This document shows positions 43,638 to 58,491 of a stretch of 64,000 nucleotides of DNA, in pieces. The position numbers and the translations under genes are program-made. Source of the stretch: Eledone cirrhosa (lineage: Eukaryota); NCBI GenBank assembly GCA_964016885.1, contig OZ024741.1:284084001-284148000 (forward strand). The letters are read 5' to 3'. Each line of letters begins with the position of its first letter. Positions within the stretch are counted from its first letter, which is position 1. The notes under the pieces are model-generated. The model was not told where the DNA came from and did not search any database. It saw only the letters and a list, made by a program, of their open reading frames with translations.

Positions 43638-43751
43638 TATATATATATATATACATATATATGTATATATATATATATATACATATATATGTATATATAT
43701 ATATATATATACATATATATGTATGTATATATATATATATACATATATATG

Positions 43752-43796
<45 letters not shown>

Positions 43797-43801
43797 GTAT
43801 G

Positions 43802-43840
<39 letters not shown>

Positions 43841-43849
43841 GTATGTATA

Positions 43850-44169
43850 TATCATCATTCATCATCATTTCATTTTACGTCCGCTTTTTCCCTGCCTGCA
43901 AGGGTGGGACGGGAACTGATTCTGGCTTGATTTCTACAGCTGGATGCCCTTCCTAACACCAACCTCATTTACAGTGAGTGCTGGGTGCTTTTTTGCCGTG
44001 GCACCTCCACAACAACTTTGCAGTGGAATGATATGGACCTCAGACCCTATCATCTCATTTCTACAGCTGAGTAAACTGGAGCAATGTGAAACCCGGTCTG
44101 AGAATTGAACTCACAACCTTTCGATTGTAAGGTCAATGCTCTAACCACTAAGCCATGTGCCTCCACTAT
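43850..44169 (-). mobile_element. tRNA-SINE with chimeric tail, second copy
   Basis: Matches 37011-37329. Confidence 0.85.
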
Positions 44170-44231
44170 ATATATATACATATGTATGTATGTATATATA
44201 TATATATATATATATACATATGTATGTATAT

Positions 44232-47200
44232 AAATTTTGTATTTTTGTTAATCGCTTGTTAAATGCAAGGACCCCATTCAATCATTACCTTCTATCTAGC
44301 TACCCAACACCCCTCCCTCCCACCCCCACGCACCACCATTGCTATTACGTGGACCAATCATAAAACAGAGCCCCCACGCATCACCAGTATTATTACGCGG
44401 ACCAATCAGAAGCCAGAGGCCTATACTATCGCTTGCCTGGTTGCCTTTCGATATATGATGGATGGATGGACTGCGGAATCCTGGAGAGTGGAGGAGAGAG
44501 AGAGAAAAATCTGGACGCTCAGCGACAATGCCAAAGATAAAGACAAATTCACCTCTTGGACGAGAATGCGAGCACTCCTCATTGTTTCGACCGCGGACGG
44601 CTAACATAACCCCATCGCCCCCCGCCCCCCACCGCCCCCAACCCCCAAACGCAATCCAAAACTTCACAGTTGGTACCATAAATGTAGGCACCCTAAAGGG
44701 TCGCGCTAACGAGGTTGTAGAAATGCTTGAACGTAAGGAGGTCGATGTTTGTTGTATTCAAGAGACCAGGTGGAGGGTGGGTCTGCTAGGTTCATTGAGG
44801 GTAAAAAACGATGTTATAAGCTTTTCTGGGTGGGAAACGACGATGGGCTGGGTGGAGTAGGAATCATGGTAGCAGAAAAGTGGGCAGATAAGATAATAGA
44901 CGTAAATAGAGTGAACGACAGAATAATTAAAATACGACTTGTCCTCAATAGAACTACGGTGACAGTAATATCTGCGTACGCACCCCAATCCGGACTGCCC
45001 GGCACTATAAAAGACAGATTCTATGAGACACTGATGCTAACTACCTCCCAAATATCCGACAGTGACTATATAATTATTGCAGGCGACCTAAATGGTCACG
45101 TTGGACAACATTGTGACGGCTACGACGAAATCCATGGAGGCTATGGGTTTGGTACTAGAAATGAGGAAGGCTCCAGAATCCTGGAATTCTGTGATGCAAA
45201 TAACCTAACTATCTGTAACACTAACTTCAAAAAACGTGACAATCACCTGATCACCTATAGATCCGGGGAACACACAAGCCAGGTAGATTATATCCTTACC
45301 AGAAGACGTGACAGAGTGTCTGTTGTAAACACTAAATCCCTCCCCCATGAAGAATGCACCTCCCAACATAGACTGATAATTAGCGACCTCATAGTCAGGA
45401 CGAGACGTACTCGACAGCAGAAGAGGACTATCCTCAGGAGAAAAATATGGAAGCTAAAGGACCCCACAGCCAGGAATAAATTTCAAAGCATATTACTTGA
45501 TGCTTTCGACAGTAAGGAAGAACATTTAGAGTCAGACAATATAGAGGGAGAGTGGGAATTTCTGAAAGCAAACCTGCTGTTGGCGACAGACGAAGTCTGT
45601 GGCTGGAGCAGGCCTGTAGGCAGGAGGAGAGTAACATGGTGGTGGAACAGTAAGGTGGAGGGGTCAATTAAGGCCAAAAAGCAGGCTTGGAAAGTATGGC
45701 GGGATGGGGGAAGTAGAGAAGACTATCAAGTGGCCAGGAGGGAAGCTAGGAGACAAGTGTACTTAGCAAGAAGGGAAGCTGAGGAAAGAAAGTTCAAGCA
45801 TGTTCTACAACGCGATGACCAAAAACGTGAGGTGTTCAGGATTGCTAGGCAATGCGTCAAGGAAAACCGTGATATTGTCGGGGAGAAGTGTGTACTAAAC
45901 GACGATGGCACACTTGCCATCACCGACGCTGATAAGAAGGTAGCTTGGAAGTGTCACTATGAAAGGCTACTAAATGAGGAGAATAAATGGGAGAAAGACA
46001 GTCTCCCCCATATCGACCCAATAGAGGGACCAGCAGTGTTAGTCGAGGGGAGTATAATAAGTAAGGCAATCAAGGATATGAAGACGGGTAAGGCGGCTGG
46101 GCCTTCGGAAATAGTTGCTGAGATACTGAAGGCATCTGGCACGGTGGGACACACCATGGTCACCCGCATAGTTAACCAAGTCGTACAGAATGGGGTTGTT
46201 CCGAAGGACTGGCATAGCAGCATCATCGTTAACTGTTATAAGGGTAAAGGAGACGCCCTAGATAGGAGTAACTATAGAGGCATTAAATTAATCGACCAGG
46301 TCATGAAGGTCACGGAAAAAGTAATAGCGCAACTAATCAGAGAGAGAATTGACCTAGATGAAATGCAGTTCGGGTTTGTGTCAGGCAAAAGTACCACAGA
46401 CGCTCTTTTCATAGTACGACAACTACAGGAGAAGTACCTAGCTAAAGGTAAACCCCTATACTTAGCTTTTGTCGACTTGGAGAAAGCCTTCGACAGAGTC
46501 CCCCGCTCCATTATCTGGTGGGCTCTTAGAAAACTAGGCGTTGACGAATGGCTTGTGAGGGCTATACAAGCCATGTATAAAGAAACAGTCAGCAAGGTTA
46601 GAATTAACAACGAATATAGTGAAGAGTTTAGCGTAAAAGTTGGCGTCCATCTGGGCTCTGTTCTCAGCCCACTACTATTTATTATTGCCCTTCAGGCTAT
46701 AACAGAGGAGTTCAAGACAGGCTGCCCATGGGAACTCCTATACGCAGACGACCTGACACTCATAGCGGAATCAATGGCCGAGCTAGAGAAGAAATTCCAA
46801 ACATGGAAGCACGGCCTAGAGTCAAAAGGACTTAAAATTAACCTGGCTAAGACCAAAGTACTAGTTTGTAGGAAAGAAAACAAGGCGGCGGTCCCTTCTG
46901 GGAAATGGTCGTGCTCGGTGTGTAGGAAAGGCGTAGGTAGAAACTCCATTTTATGCCCTAAATGCAAAGTATGGGTGCATAAAAGATGTAGTGGGATCAC
47001 AGGTAAGCTAACTAAGAACATAGATTTTACATGTGGCCGGTGTTCTGGTGCAATAAGTAGCAGCAAGTGCCCACAAAATACTAGCTCTTTCAATTGCACA
47101 GAGGGTTCTATAGAAATAGTGGACAGCTTCCGTTACCTGGGCGATAAAATCAGCAGTGGGGGAGGGTGCTCTGAAAGTACTGTAGCTAGAGTCAGAACTG

Positions 47201-48086
47201 GTTGGAAAAAGTTCAGAGAGCTTATACCACTATTAGCTGCTAAAGGGTTCTCCCTAAAAATGAAAGGCAGGTTGTACGATGCCTGCATACGAACAGCAAT
47301 GCTGCATGGCAGTGAGACCTGGGCATTGTGTGCAGAGGATATACGCAGACTAGAGAGGAACGAAGCTTGCATGCTCCGCTGGATGTGTAACAGTAATATA
47401 CGTGAACGGCAAAGCATAAACGAACTAAGGAAAAAATTAGAGATAAGAGGGATCAGATGTTGTTTACTCGAGAGAAGGCTACGTTGGTATGGACACGTGA
47501 TGCGCATGAAAGTCGATAGCTGTATAACAAAGTGCAGGGCAATAAAGATAGACGGTAGTCACGGAATAGGCAGACCTAGAAAAACCTGGGACGAGCTGAT
47601 AAACTCCGACATCACACACTTACACCTCTCCAAGACAATGTCACTGGACCGAGACCTTTGGCGGTACTCAGTAACAGAGAAGACCCGCCTTACCTAAATA
47701 TATAGTAAAAACCTACTCCAGCCAGTAGGCATCTCTAACAAAATACACCCCGTCCCACCACCCCCACCCCCACCCCATCCACACCACCCCGTTCTATGTA
47801 AAGTTATGTTGGTGCCGCGCCATCGAGGCCGAAACAAATGAGATCGTGTAGGTGTCACGACAAAAAAACACACAGTCCACGCTGTAATGTGGCCGTGTAG
47901 GCAACACGGTAAAAACCTCCCAGACCCACACTGTAAATGTGGTTGGTGTTAGGAAGGGCATCCAACTGTAGAAAACCTGCCAGACAGTCCTATGCGAGCA
48001 AGACAATCACTCTTGCCTCAAGTGGGACTACCCCCATCCAAACCCATTCAAGCGTGGAACACGGACGTTAAACGTTGATGATGATG

Positions 48087-48088
<2 letters not shown>
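44232..48088 (+). mobile_element. RTE family A, full-length, frameshifted
   Basis: ORFs 44462-44860 and 44749-47697 are split by a 1-nt deletion near 44775; RT motif mutated to GVHLGS. Confidence 0.93.
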
Positions 48089-49010
<922 letters not shown>

Positions 49011-49285
49011 AGCGGCGATGAATTAGTTTTGCGAGGTTTTTTATATGAAATCGTGTGTCGAAACAGATATTGTTATATTTGGGGAGGGTCATATTTGCGT
49101 AATATTGCCAGAATTAATAACAGAACACACTCACTGTTTGGTTGGTTTTCGCTTCTCGCTGTCTTCTATATATATATATCTGCGATCTAACTTACTCGGT
49201 CCTCAATGTTGCCATTGACTGACCGGCGGTCAAAAATAATACAGATACAATATAGACAAACACATATATATATAGTTTACATAAT

Positions 49286-49329
49286 TTACATAAATCTTTC
49301 GTTGCACATCTGCAACATCGTCAGTGGTG
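49286..49329 (-). ncRNA. Hammerhead-like motif (PLE-5), weak stem I
   Basis: Reverse complement of 52157-52200. Confidence 0.55.
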
Positions 49330-49597
49330 TTATATTCATTGTTCCTCCTGTTGTGTTGTATGTCTACGCCATTTTTTTTTGTTCAGTCTGTCTATATATT
49401 TATTTATTTATTTGCTTGTTTGTTTATCTTATTTTATTTTGTCTTCTTTGCGCATGCGTTTGCGTGTGTGTATTGTGTTATGTGTGATGTGTGACTAGTG
49501 TGTATAGTGTTGTGTCTGCTGGGTGACTAGTGTGTGTTTATGTGCTTGTGTATGTATTTATTTATCTTATTTTATTTAATTTAATTTACTTATTTAT

Positions 49598-51870
49598 TTA
49601 TACTTCTCTTAGGTCAGTGTTGTTTGTTTGGGTGTTGTTGTTGTTCCACTCATTCTTTCTGTTTAGCTTTGGTCTTCTAATTTCTATTTCACTGGCCTCT
49701 CTGATTTGCCTATCTGCTGGGTCATTCCTATGTTTAGATATTATTCTAATTTCTATGTTGTCTATGTTACCGTCATGTTGTTGTCTAGCATGTTCGTATA
49801 GTACTGACCCGTTTTTTCGTCCTTTTAGTTCCCCCCAGTGTTGGTCTATCCTTTCACCTATGCTACGAGCTGTCTCACCTATGTATGTTGTTGTCGTGTT
49901 TCTGCAAGTACCCTCTGTACATCTTATGCTATAGACTACGTTTCTAGTTTTACAGTTTATCCGGGGGTTCACCTTACATATGATACATTTCCTATTGGTA
50001 CAGTGGGTTTTCTTAAAAGGGTAGGTTTTGCTGATCAGGGATTTTATGGTGGTTCCTGGCTTTTCTACCACCTTTATTTTTAAGTGGGTCTTTCTCAGGG
50101 CCTTTCTACACTGGTTAGCTAATTTCCCTCCAGGGGTGGCGTCCACAAACATGACACTCTGATATCTCTGGTTGTCGTACCATGATGTGGCCTTCCCTAT
50201 CTTATGTCTAGCCCTATCTAAGCTATTCCATGATTTGCTCCTGTATAGTGGGCAAATTCCTTTCATGTCCAGTTCTATGAGGGTCTTATACTTTTCCATG
50301 GCTCCTTCGTATACTCTGACTCTGTCTCTTTGGTTGTAGCCAGAGAACTGCATGCGGTTGATGAAGTGTTGGATGTGTCCTTCCATTTCTGTTGGGTCGC
50401 ACATGCTGGACACATTCTTCATCACTCGTACCAAATCTGCGATCAGAATATTAAACTTAGCACTACTGGACATTGCTGAGTTTTTGAGTATCAGGTATTT
50501 GGAGGCCATGGGTTTAGCATAGTGTGAGTGGAGAATTTGGGCTCTCTCGTCTATAGTGTTAATCCAGAGTTCTGTGTCTAATACAGGTAGTCTATTGTTA
50601 GGGTGTTTGGAAGGGAAGTCTATAGTTACAGTTATACTCTGGTGTATGGAATTAGCTATCTGCTGGATGCTTTCATCGTGCTACGTTCTAAATCAAACTT
50701 GTTAGTGCTCTCTAGTGGGGGTGTTCTTATAGCTATATTGATATCGTCTACATAACGAGAGTACATGATGAGGTCTATGGAGCTTTCATTAAGGAGATCT
50801 TTAAGTCTCCTTTCCCACCATACCATGAAAAGGTTGGCAACATCACCAGCTATGCTGACGCCGATGGCTGCTCCCTCATTTTGGGTGTAGATTTTCTCAT
50901 TGAACTTAAATATGTGGCCCTTTAGGGTAGTTTTGATACTAGCCCCTATTGCATGTGCGACCATTTTTCTTACCTGATCAGTGTTTTGGGGGGTCCGTAT
51001 AGCTTTGGTCCACCCAATCCACCTTCCTATGGGAGTCTTTTTAGCCATTGAGGTTATGGTGGGGGGTCTACCTCTTATAGGTCTACTAGGGCAGAAACAT
51101 CTAAGGTCATGGCTGTCTAGGTAGTCAGTGTCGTAGGTAAGTCTAAGTAGGAGGCCCAGTTCGTCTGTGTCGACGTCGCAGAACTCCACCTCACTCTCAA
51201 TGATCATCTCCACACATCTTTTCACAGCAAAATCAATGTTAATGGATGGGTACAGTGACACCACATCCATGCTGCCTATTATGCAGTTGGATAGGCTCCT
51301 GTTTTTGTTGCACTCACTGATTCTGCTGAGGAGGTCCTCTGTACTTTCACATACATCTGGGGACATCTTGATTATGGGGCGTATAACCATTGAGAGGAAG
51401 TAGGAGATCCTGTAGTTGCTAGCTATATTAGCTCCGCATACGGGTCTTGTTGGTGGTCCTGTTGTCGGGTCGTCGACTGTCTTGTGGTCTTTGCGGAGCC
51501 CATACAAGGGTGGTATGCCATTGTTAGACGCCTGGAAGTTGTTGGCAGTGCGTCTGCTTGGCTTTAGGATGTCAGTCCACATCATCATGTGAGCGTTGAG
51601 GATTTTTTCTCTCCCATCGTGTGTTAGTTGTGCAACTTCGCTCGTTTTGGTGATGTGGGGTTGCATTGCCTCGATGTAGTTCGGCATGCTATCTATTGAC
51701 ATCCTACCAGACTTATCTGTGGGTAGACACACTACCTCACCATCCCTTGTGCGCTGCTTGAGGCTAACCAAGCCTTCTACAGGTTTTATCCCAAGTTGTT
51801 GGGCCTCTGGTCTGCTCTGTCTCATAGTGTACCTGTCTACTACTTGTCTAATCTTATTTCTAGCTATGGT
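49598..51870 (-). pseudogene. PLE-5 RT + GIY-YIG ORF with one frameshift (~50665)
   Basis: TDKSG, LYGLRKDHK, RPVC, SMDVVSLYPSI, QNEGAAIG, RYVDD; then CTNRKCIIC...NVVYSIRC...YIGETARS...LYEH...H...LNRKNEW. Confidence 0.9.
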
Positions 51871-52156
51871 GAACTGAGAGAAGTATAAATAAATAAGTAA
51901 ATTAAATTAAATAAAATAAGATAAATAAATACATACACAAGCACATAAACACACACTAGTCACCCAGCAGACACAACACTATACACACTAGTCACACATC
52001 ACACATAACACTATACACACACGCAAACGCATGCGCAAAGAAGACAAAATAAAATAAGATAAACAAACAAGCAAATAAATAAATAAATATATAGACAGAC
52101 TGAACAAAAAAAAATGGCGTAGACATACAACACAACAGGAGGAACAATGAATATAA

Positions 52157-52200
52157 CACCACTGACGATGTTGCAGATGTGCAACGAAAGATTTATGTAA
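52157..52200 (+). ncRNA. Hammerhead-like motif (PLE-5 inverted arm)
   Basis: CTGACGA-T-GTTGCA(GATG)TGCAAC-GAAA-GATT-TA^TG; positionally homologous to the PLE-1 hammerhead; stem I only ~2 bp. Confidence 0.55.
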
Positions 52201-52416
52201 ATTATGTAAACTATATATATATGTGTTTGTCTATATTGTATCTGTATTATTTTTGACCGCCGGTCAGTCAATGGCAACATTGAGGACCGAGTAAGTTAGA
52301 TCGCAGATATATATATATAAAAGACAGCGAGAAGCGAAAACCAACCAAACAGTGAGTGTGTTCTGTTATTAATTCTGGCAATATTACGCAAATATGACCC
52401 TCCCCAAATATAACAA

Positions 52417-52492
<76 letters not shown>

Positions 52493-52493
52493 G

Positions 52494-52531
<38 letters not shown>

Positions 52532-52534
<3 letters not shown>

Positions 52535-55310
52535 TGTTGTTAACACTAAATCCCTCCCCCATGAAGAATGCACCTCCCAACATAGACTGATAATTAGCGA
52601 CCTCATAGTCAGGACGAGACGTACTCGACAACAGAAGAGGACTATCCTCAGGAGGAAAATATGGAAGTTAAAGGACCCCACAGCCAGGAATAAATTTCAA
52701 AGCATATTACTTGATGCTTTCGACAGTAAGGAAGAACATTTAGAGTCGGACAATATAGAGGGAGAGTGGGAATTTCTGAAAGCAAACCTGCTGTTGGCGA
52801 CAGACGAGGTCTGTGGCTGGAGCAGGCCTGTAGGCAGGAGGAGAGTAACATGGTGGTGGAACAGTAAGGTGGAGGGGTCAATTAAGGCCAAAAAGCAGGC
52901 TTGGAAAGTATGGCGGGATGGGGGAAGTAGAGAGGACTATCAAGTGGCCAGGAGGGAAGCTAGGAGACAAGTGTACTTAGCAAGAAGGGAAGCTGAGGAA
53001 AGAAAGTTCAAGCATGTTCTACAACGCGATGACCAAAAACGTGAGGTGTTCAGGATTGCTAGGCAATGCGTCAAGGAAAACCGTGATATTGTCGGGGAGA
53101 AGTGTGTACTAAACGACGATGGCACACTTGCCATCACCGACGCTGATAAGAAGGTAGCTTGGAAGTGTCACTATGAAAGGCTACTAAATGAGGAGAATAA
53201 TTGGGAGAAAGGCAGTCTCCCCCATATCGACCCAATAGAGGGACCAGCAGTGTTAGTCGAGGGGAGTATAATAAGTAAGGCAATCAAGGATATGAAGACT
53301 GGTAAGGCGGCTGGGCCTTCGGAAATAGTTGCTGAGATGCTGAAGGCATCTGGCACGGTGGGACACACCATGGTCACCCGCATAGTTAACCAAGTCGTAC
53401 AGAATGGGGTTGTTCCGAAGGACTGGCATAGCAGCATCATCGTTAACTGTTATAAGGGTAAAGGAGACGCCCTAGATAGGAGTAACTATAGAGGCATTAA
53501 ATTAATCGACCAGGTCATGAAGGTCACGGAAAAAGTAATAGCGCAACTAATCAGAGAGAGAATTGACCTAGATGAAATGCAGTTCGGGTTTGTGTCAGGC
53601 AAAAGTACCACAGACGCTCTTTTCATAGTACGACAACTACAGGAGAAGTACCTAGCTAAAGGTAAACCCCTCTACTTAGCTTTTGTCGACTTGGAGAAAG
53701 CCTTCGACAGAGTCCCCCGCTCCATTATCTGGTGGGCTCTTAGAAAACTAGGCGTTGACGAATGGCTTGTGAGGGCTATACAAGCCATGTATAAAGAAAC
53801 AGTCAGCAAGGTTAGAATTAACAACGAATATAGTGAAGAGTTTAGCGTAAAAGTTGGCGTCCATCAGGGCTCTGTTCTCAGTCCACTACTATTTATTATT
53901 GCCCTTCAGGCTATAACAGAGGAGTTCAAGACAGGCTGCCCATGGGAACTCCTATACGCAGACGACCTGACACTCATAGCGGAATCAATGGCCGAGCTAG
54001 AGAAGAAATTCCAAACATGGAAGCACGGCCTAGAGTCAAAAGGACTTAAAATTAACCTGGCTAAGACCAAAGTACTAGTTTGTAGGAAAGAAAACAAGGC
54101 GGCGGTCCCTTCTGGGAAATGGTCGTGCTCGGTGTGTAGGAAAGGCGTAGGTAGAAACTCCATTTTATGTCCTAAATGCAAAGTATGGGTGCATAAAAGA
54201 TGTAGTGGGATCACAGGTAAGCTAACTAAGAACATAGATTTTACATGTGGCCAGTGCTCTGGTGCAAAAAGTAGCAGCAAGTGCCCACAAACTACTAGCT
54301 CTTTCAATTGCGCAGAGGGTTCTATAGAAACAGTGGACAGCTTCCGTTACCTGGGCGATAAAATCAGCAGTGGGGGGAGGGTGCTCTGAAAGTACTGTAG
54401 CTAGAGTCAGAACTGGTTGGAAAAAGTTCAGAGAGCTTATACCACTATTAGCTGCTAAAGGGTTCTCACTAAAAATGAAAGGCAGGTTGTACGATGCCTG
54501 CATACGAACAGCAATGCTGCATGGCAGTGAGACCTGGGCATTGTGTGCAGAGGATATACGCAGACTAGAGAGGAACGAAGCTTGCATGCTCCGCTGGATG
54601 TGTAACAGTAATATACGTGAACGGCAAAGCATAAACGAACTAAGGAAAAAATTAGAGATAAGAGGGATCAGATGTTGTTTACTCGAGAGAAGGCTACGTT
54701 GGTATGGACACGTGATGCGCATGAAAGTCGATAGCTGTATAACAAAGTGCAGGGCAATAAAGATAGACGGTAGTCACGGAATAGGCAGACCTAGAAAAAC
54801 CTGGGACGAGCTGATAAACTCCGACATCACACACTTACACCTCTCCAAGACAATGTCACTGGACCGAGACCTTTGGCGGTACTCAGTAACAGAGAAGACC
54901 CGCCTTACCTAAATATATAGTAAAACCTACTCCAGCCAGTAGGCATCTCTAACAAAATACACCCCGTCCCACCACCACCACCCCCACCCGATCCACACCA
55001 CCCCGTTCTATGTAAAGTTATGTTGGTGCCGCGCCATCGAGGCCGAAACAAATGAGATCGTGTAGGTGTCACGACAAAAAAAACACACAGTCCACGCTGT
55101 AATGTGGCCGTGTAGGCAACACGGTAAAAACCTCCCAGACCCACACTGTAAATGTGGTTGGTGTTAGGAAGGGCATCCAACTGTAGAAAACCTGCCAGAC
55201 AGTCCTATGCGAGCAAGACAATCACTCTTGCCTCAAGTGGGACTACCCCCGTCCAAACCCATGCAAGCGTGGAACACGGACGTTAAACGTTGATGATGAT
55301 GATGATGATG

Positions 55311-55311
<1 letters not shown>
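52532..55311 (+). mobile_element. RTE family A, 5'-truncated, frameshift at a G run (~54375)
   Basis: ORF pieces 52532-54389 and 54370-54912; closest to 44232-48088. Confidence 0.93.
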
Positions 55312-55343
<32 letters not shown>

Positions 55344-55349
55344 CATATG

Positions 55350-55395
<46 letters not shown>

Positions 55396-55401
55396 CATAT
55401 G

Positions 55402-55438
<37 letters not shown>

Positions 55439-55443
55439 GTATG

Positions 55444-55481
<38 letters not shown>

Positions 55482-55493
55482 TATATACATATG

Positions 55494-55541
<48 letters not shown>

Positions 55542-55553
55542 TATATACATATG

Positions 55554-55627
<74 letters not shown>

Positions 55628-55633
55628 CATATG

Positions 55634-55681
<48 letters not shown>

Positions 55682-55717
55682 CATATATATATATACATAT
55701 ATATATATATACATATG

Positions 55718-55765
<48 letters not shown>

Positions 55766-55794
55766 CATATGTATGTATATATATATATATATAT

Positions 55795-55987
55795 ATAGGA
55801 ACCAGTAAGACCCCGACAGCTGAGCTCAAGCCGTTTCGACGGCTAATTCTGCCAGAATTAGCCGTCGAAACGGCTTGAGCTCAGCTGTCGGGGTCTTACT
55901 GGTTCCTATTACCCACTCTACTACCTCAAGTATTGAGTACTTTGGTGCCTTATGGTCCACCTGGTTCCTTACCACATCTCCTTCATT
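55795..55987. mobile_element. Tiny fold-back insert: perfect ~115-bp palindrome plus ~78-nt tail
   Basis: 55795-55851 is the reverse complement of 55853-55909 around a single central base; tail 55910-55987; flanked by TA. Confidence 0.6.
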
Positions 55988-55992
55988 ATATA

Positions 55993-56026
<34 letters not shown>

Positions 56027-56039
56027 CATATATATATAC

Positions 56040-56112
<73 letters not shown>

Positions 56113-56118
56113 CATATG

Positions 56119-56218
<100 letters not shown>

Positions 56219-56314
56219 CATATATATACATATATATATATATACATATATATATACATATATATATATATACATATGTATGTATATATATATATATATA
56301 TACATATGTATGTA

Positions 56315-56346
<32 letters not shown>

Positions 56347-56354
56347 AACATATG

Positions 56355-56398
<44 letters not shown>

Positions 56399-56401
<3 letters not shown>

Positions 56402-58319
56402 TTGCAAAAGAAACTGCCTCAGTACACTGCAAAATTGGACCACTCTTCCACACGGACGGTTCATTAACCGAAAATCCCCAAGAGATATGTGAAATACTGA
56501 ACGAACAGTACAAAAGTGTCTTCACATGTCCACTGAGGCACATGCAAATAACGAAGCCAGAAGAGTTCTTTGATGCCACAACACTACATCAAGAAATGGC
56601 AACCATCAACCACATAGACATAACGGAGGAGGATGTGGTGTACGCCATTGATGAAATTAGAACAGACTCGGCTGCTGGACCTGATGGATTCCCAGCAGTT
56701 CTCCTAAAAATATGTAAGCGGGCCTTAGCAACTCCACTGAAGATGCTCTTCAGAAGCTCCTTGGCTAGCGGTGTACTACCCAGGGAGCTGAAAGAAGGCA
56801 CAATATGCCCTATGCCCTATCCATAAAGGAGGTAGTAGAGCGGAGGCCAAGAACTATAGGCCAGTCTCCCTGACGTCGCATATCAGTAAGGTCATGGAGC
56901 GAGTCGTCAGAAAGAAACTAATCACTTTCCTCGAAGAAAATGACCGCCTGACTAGCACGCAACATGGCTTCCGCCCAGGAAGAAGCTGCCTTACACAGCT
57001 GCTACATCACTACGACTGGGTACTGAGACAACTACTAGACAGCTCACATGTAGACGTGATATATCTTGACTTTGCGAAGGCCTTTGACAAGGTCGACCAC
57101 GGAATGATATGTCACAAACTACACGGACTCGGCATAACTGGAAAAGTAGGTGAGTGGCTGCATGGCTTCCTAAGGGACAGAAGCCAGGCAGTCGCAGCAA
57201 ATGGGGCCCTCTCGAGGGAAACACCGATAACAAGTGGGGTGCCTCAGGGGACAGTCCTGGGACCACTACTGTTTTTGGTGGCTCTCTCGGACATGCCCTC
57301 TGTGGTGCATGCAACAACATCCCTCACTAGCTATGCTGATGACACTAAGGTAGCACAGGCAATCAAAAACCCGGCTGACGCTGCCCTCTTACAGCAGGAT
57401 CTGGATGCCATATACAGATGGGCGGAAGAAAACAACATGCAGTTTAATGCTGGCAAATTCCAAGCCCTACAATACAAACCTACAAACACAAATATAGCGG
57501 AACACAGCTACACAGGACCAGGAGGGACCGATATCCCCGTGTCAAAATCGATACGAGACCTGGGCATAGACATGAGCGATGATGCATCTTTTTCTTCACA
57601 CATCATGAAGGTGGCGACAGCATGTAGACGATTCGCTGGCTGGATCTTGAGGACTTTCCTTACAAGAGATCGAGACACCATGTTGACACTGTGGAGGACT
57701 TTTGTCCTAAGCCGCCTGGACTACTGCTCCCAGCTGTGGTCACCCCATAGTGTCAAACTAACCACGGAGCTTGAGGCAATCCAGCGAAGCTACACCAAGA
57801 GGATTGCCAAGATGAGGGAGGCAAGCTACTGGGAGAGGCTGAGGGAACTGAACCTCTACTCCTTGGAGCGAAGACGGGAGAGATACGCAGTGATCTACAT
57901 GTGGAAAATCCTGGAGGGACTAGCACCAAACTTTGGCATTGGGAGCTGGACCAACCGTCGAACAGGACATCACTGTGTGGTGCCAAAGGTGCCGCCTTCC
58001 ACATCTAGAATAAGGAGCAGGTATTGCAATAGCCTGGGATTCAAGGGCCCTCAACTCTTCAACAGGCTGCTGAGGCATCTGCGAGACTTGCATATGACGT
58101 GGAGGTGGATGTCTTTAAGAAACATCTCGACACCTTGTTATCCAGGATCCCGGATGAGCCCACAGCAAGACACGAGGGAAACCTAAGGGCAGCAGCAACA
58201 AACTCCCTCCTACACCAGTGGCCAACCTATACAGGCTGGAGATAAAATGTGTAGCAACAAGGGCGGTGCCCCAGCATGGCCTCAGCCGGATGGCTGAAAC
58301 AGGTAAAAGAGTAAAAGAG

Positions 58320-58320
<1 letters not shown>
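56399..58320 (+). mobile_element. CR1-clade LINE, 5'-truncated
   Basis: QHGFRPGRSC, YLDFAKAFDKVDH, SGVPQGTVLGP, YADDTK, LDYCSQLWSP, LYSLERRRER; frameshift from a 7-bp duplication (tgcccta)2 at ~56806; tail (gtaaaaga)2. Confidence 0.9.
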
Positions 58321-58364
<44 letters not shown>

Positions 58365-58424
58365 GTATATATATATATATGTATATAATATAAGATCAAA
58401 AGATGGTTAAAGGAGTTCAATATA

Positions 58425-58491
58425 TTTTATTATGCGCATTTCAAAAACAAACATCATCAAACAATAATATTTGTGTTTTCATCAGATAAAA
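58425..58491 (-). ncRNA. Hammerhead ribozyme motif (PLE-6 left arm)
   Basis: Reverse complement of 61759-61825. Confidence 0.7.

Larger units (their letters stand above)
49011..52417 (-). mobile_element. Penelope-like element PLE-5 (relative of PLE-1), 5'-truncated with inverted pLTR
   Basis: RT + GIY-YIG on the minus strand; 51876-52417 is an inverted copy of ~49066-49610; terminal motif shared with PLE-1. Confidence 0.92.
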
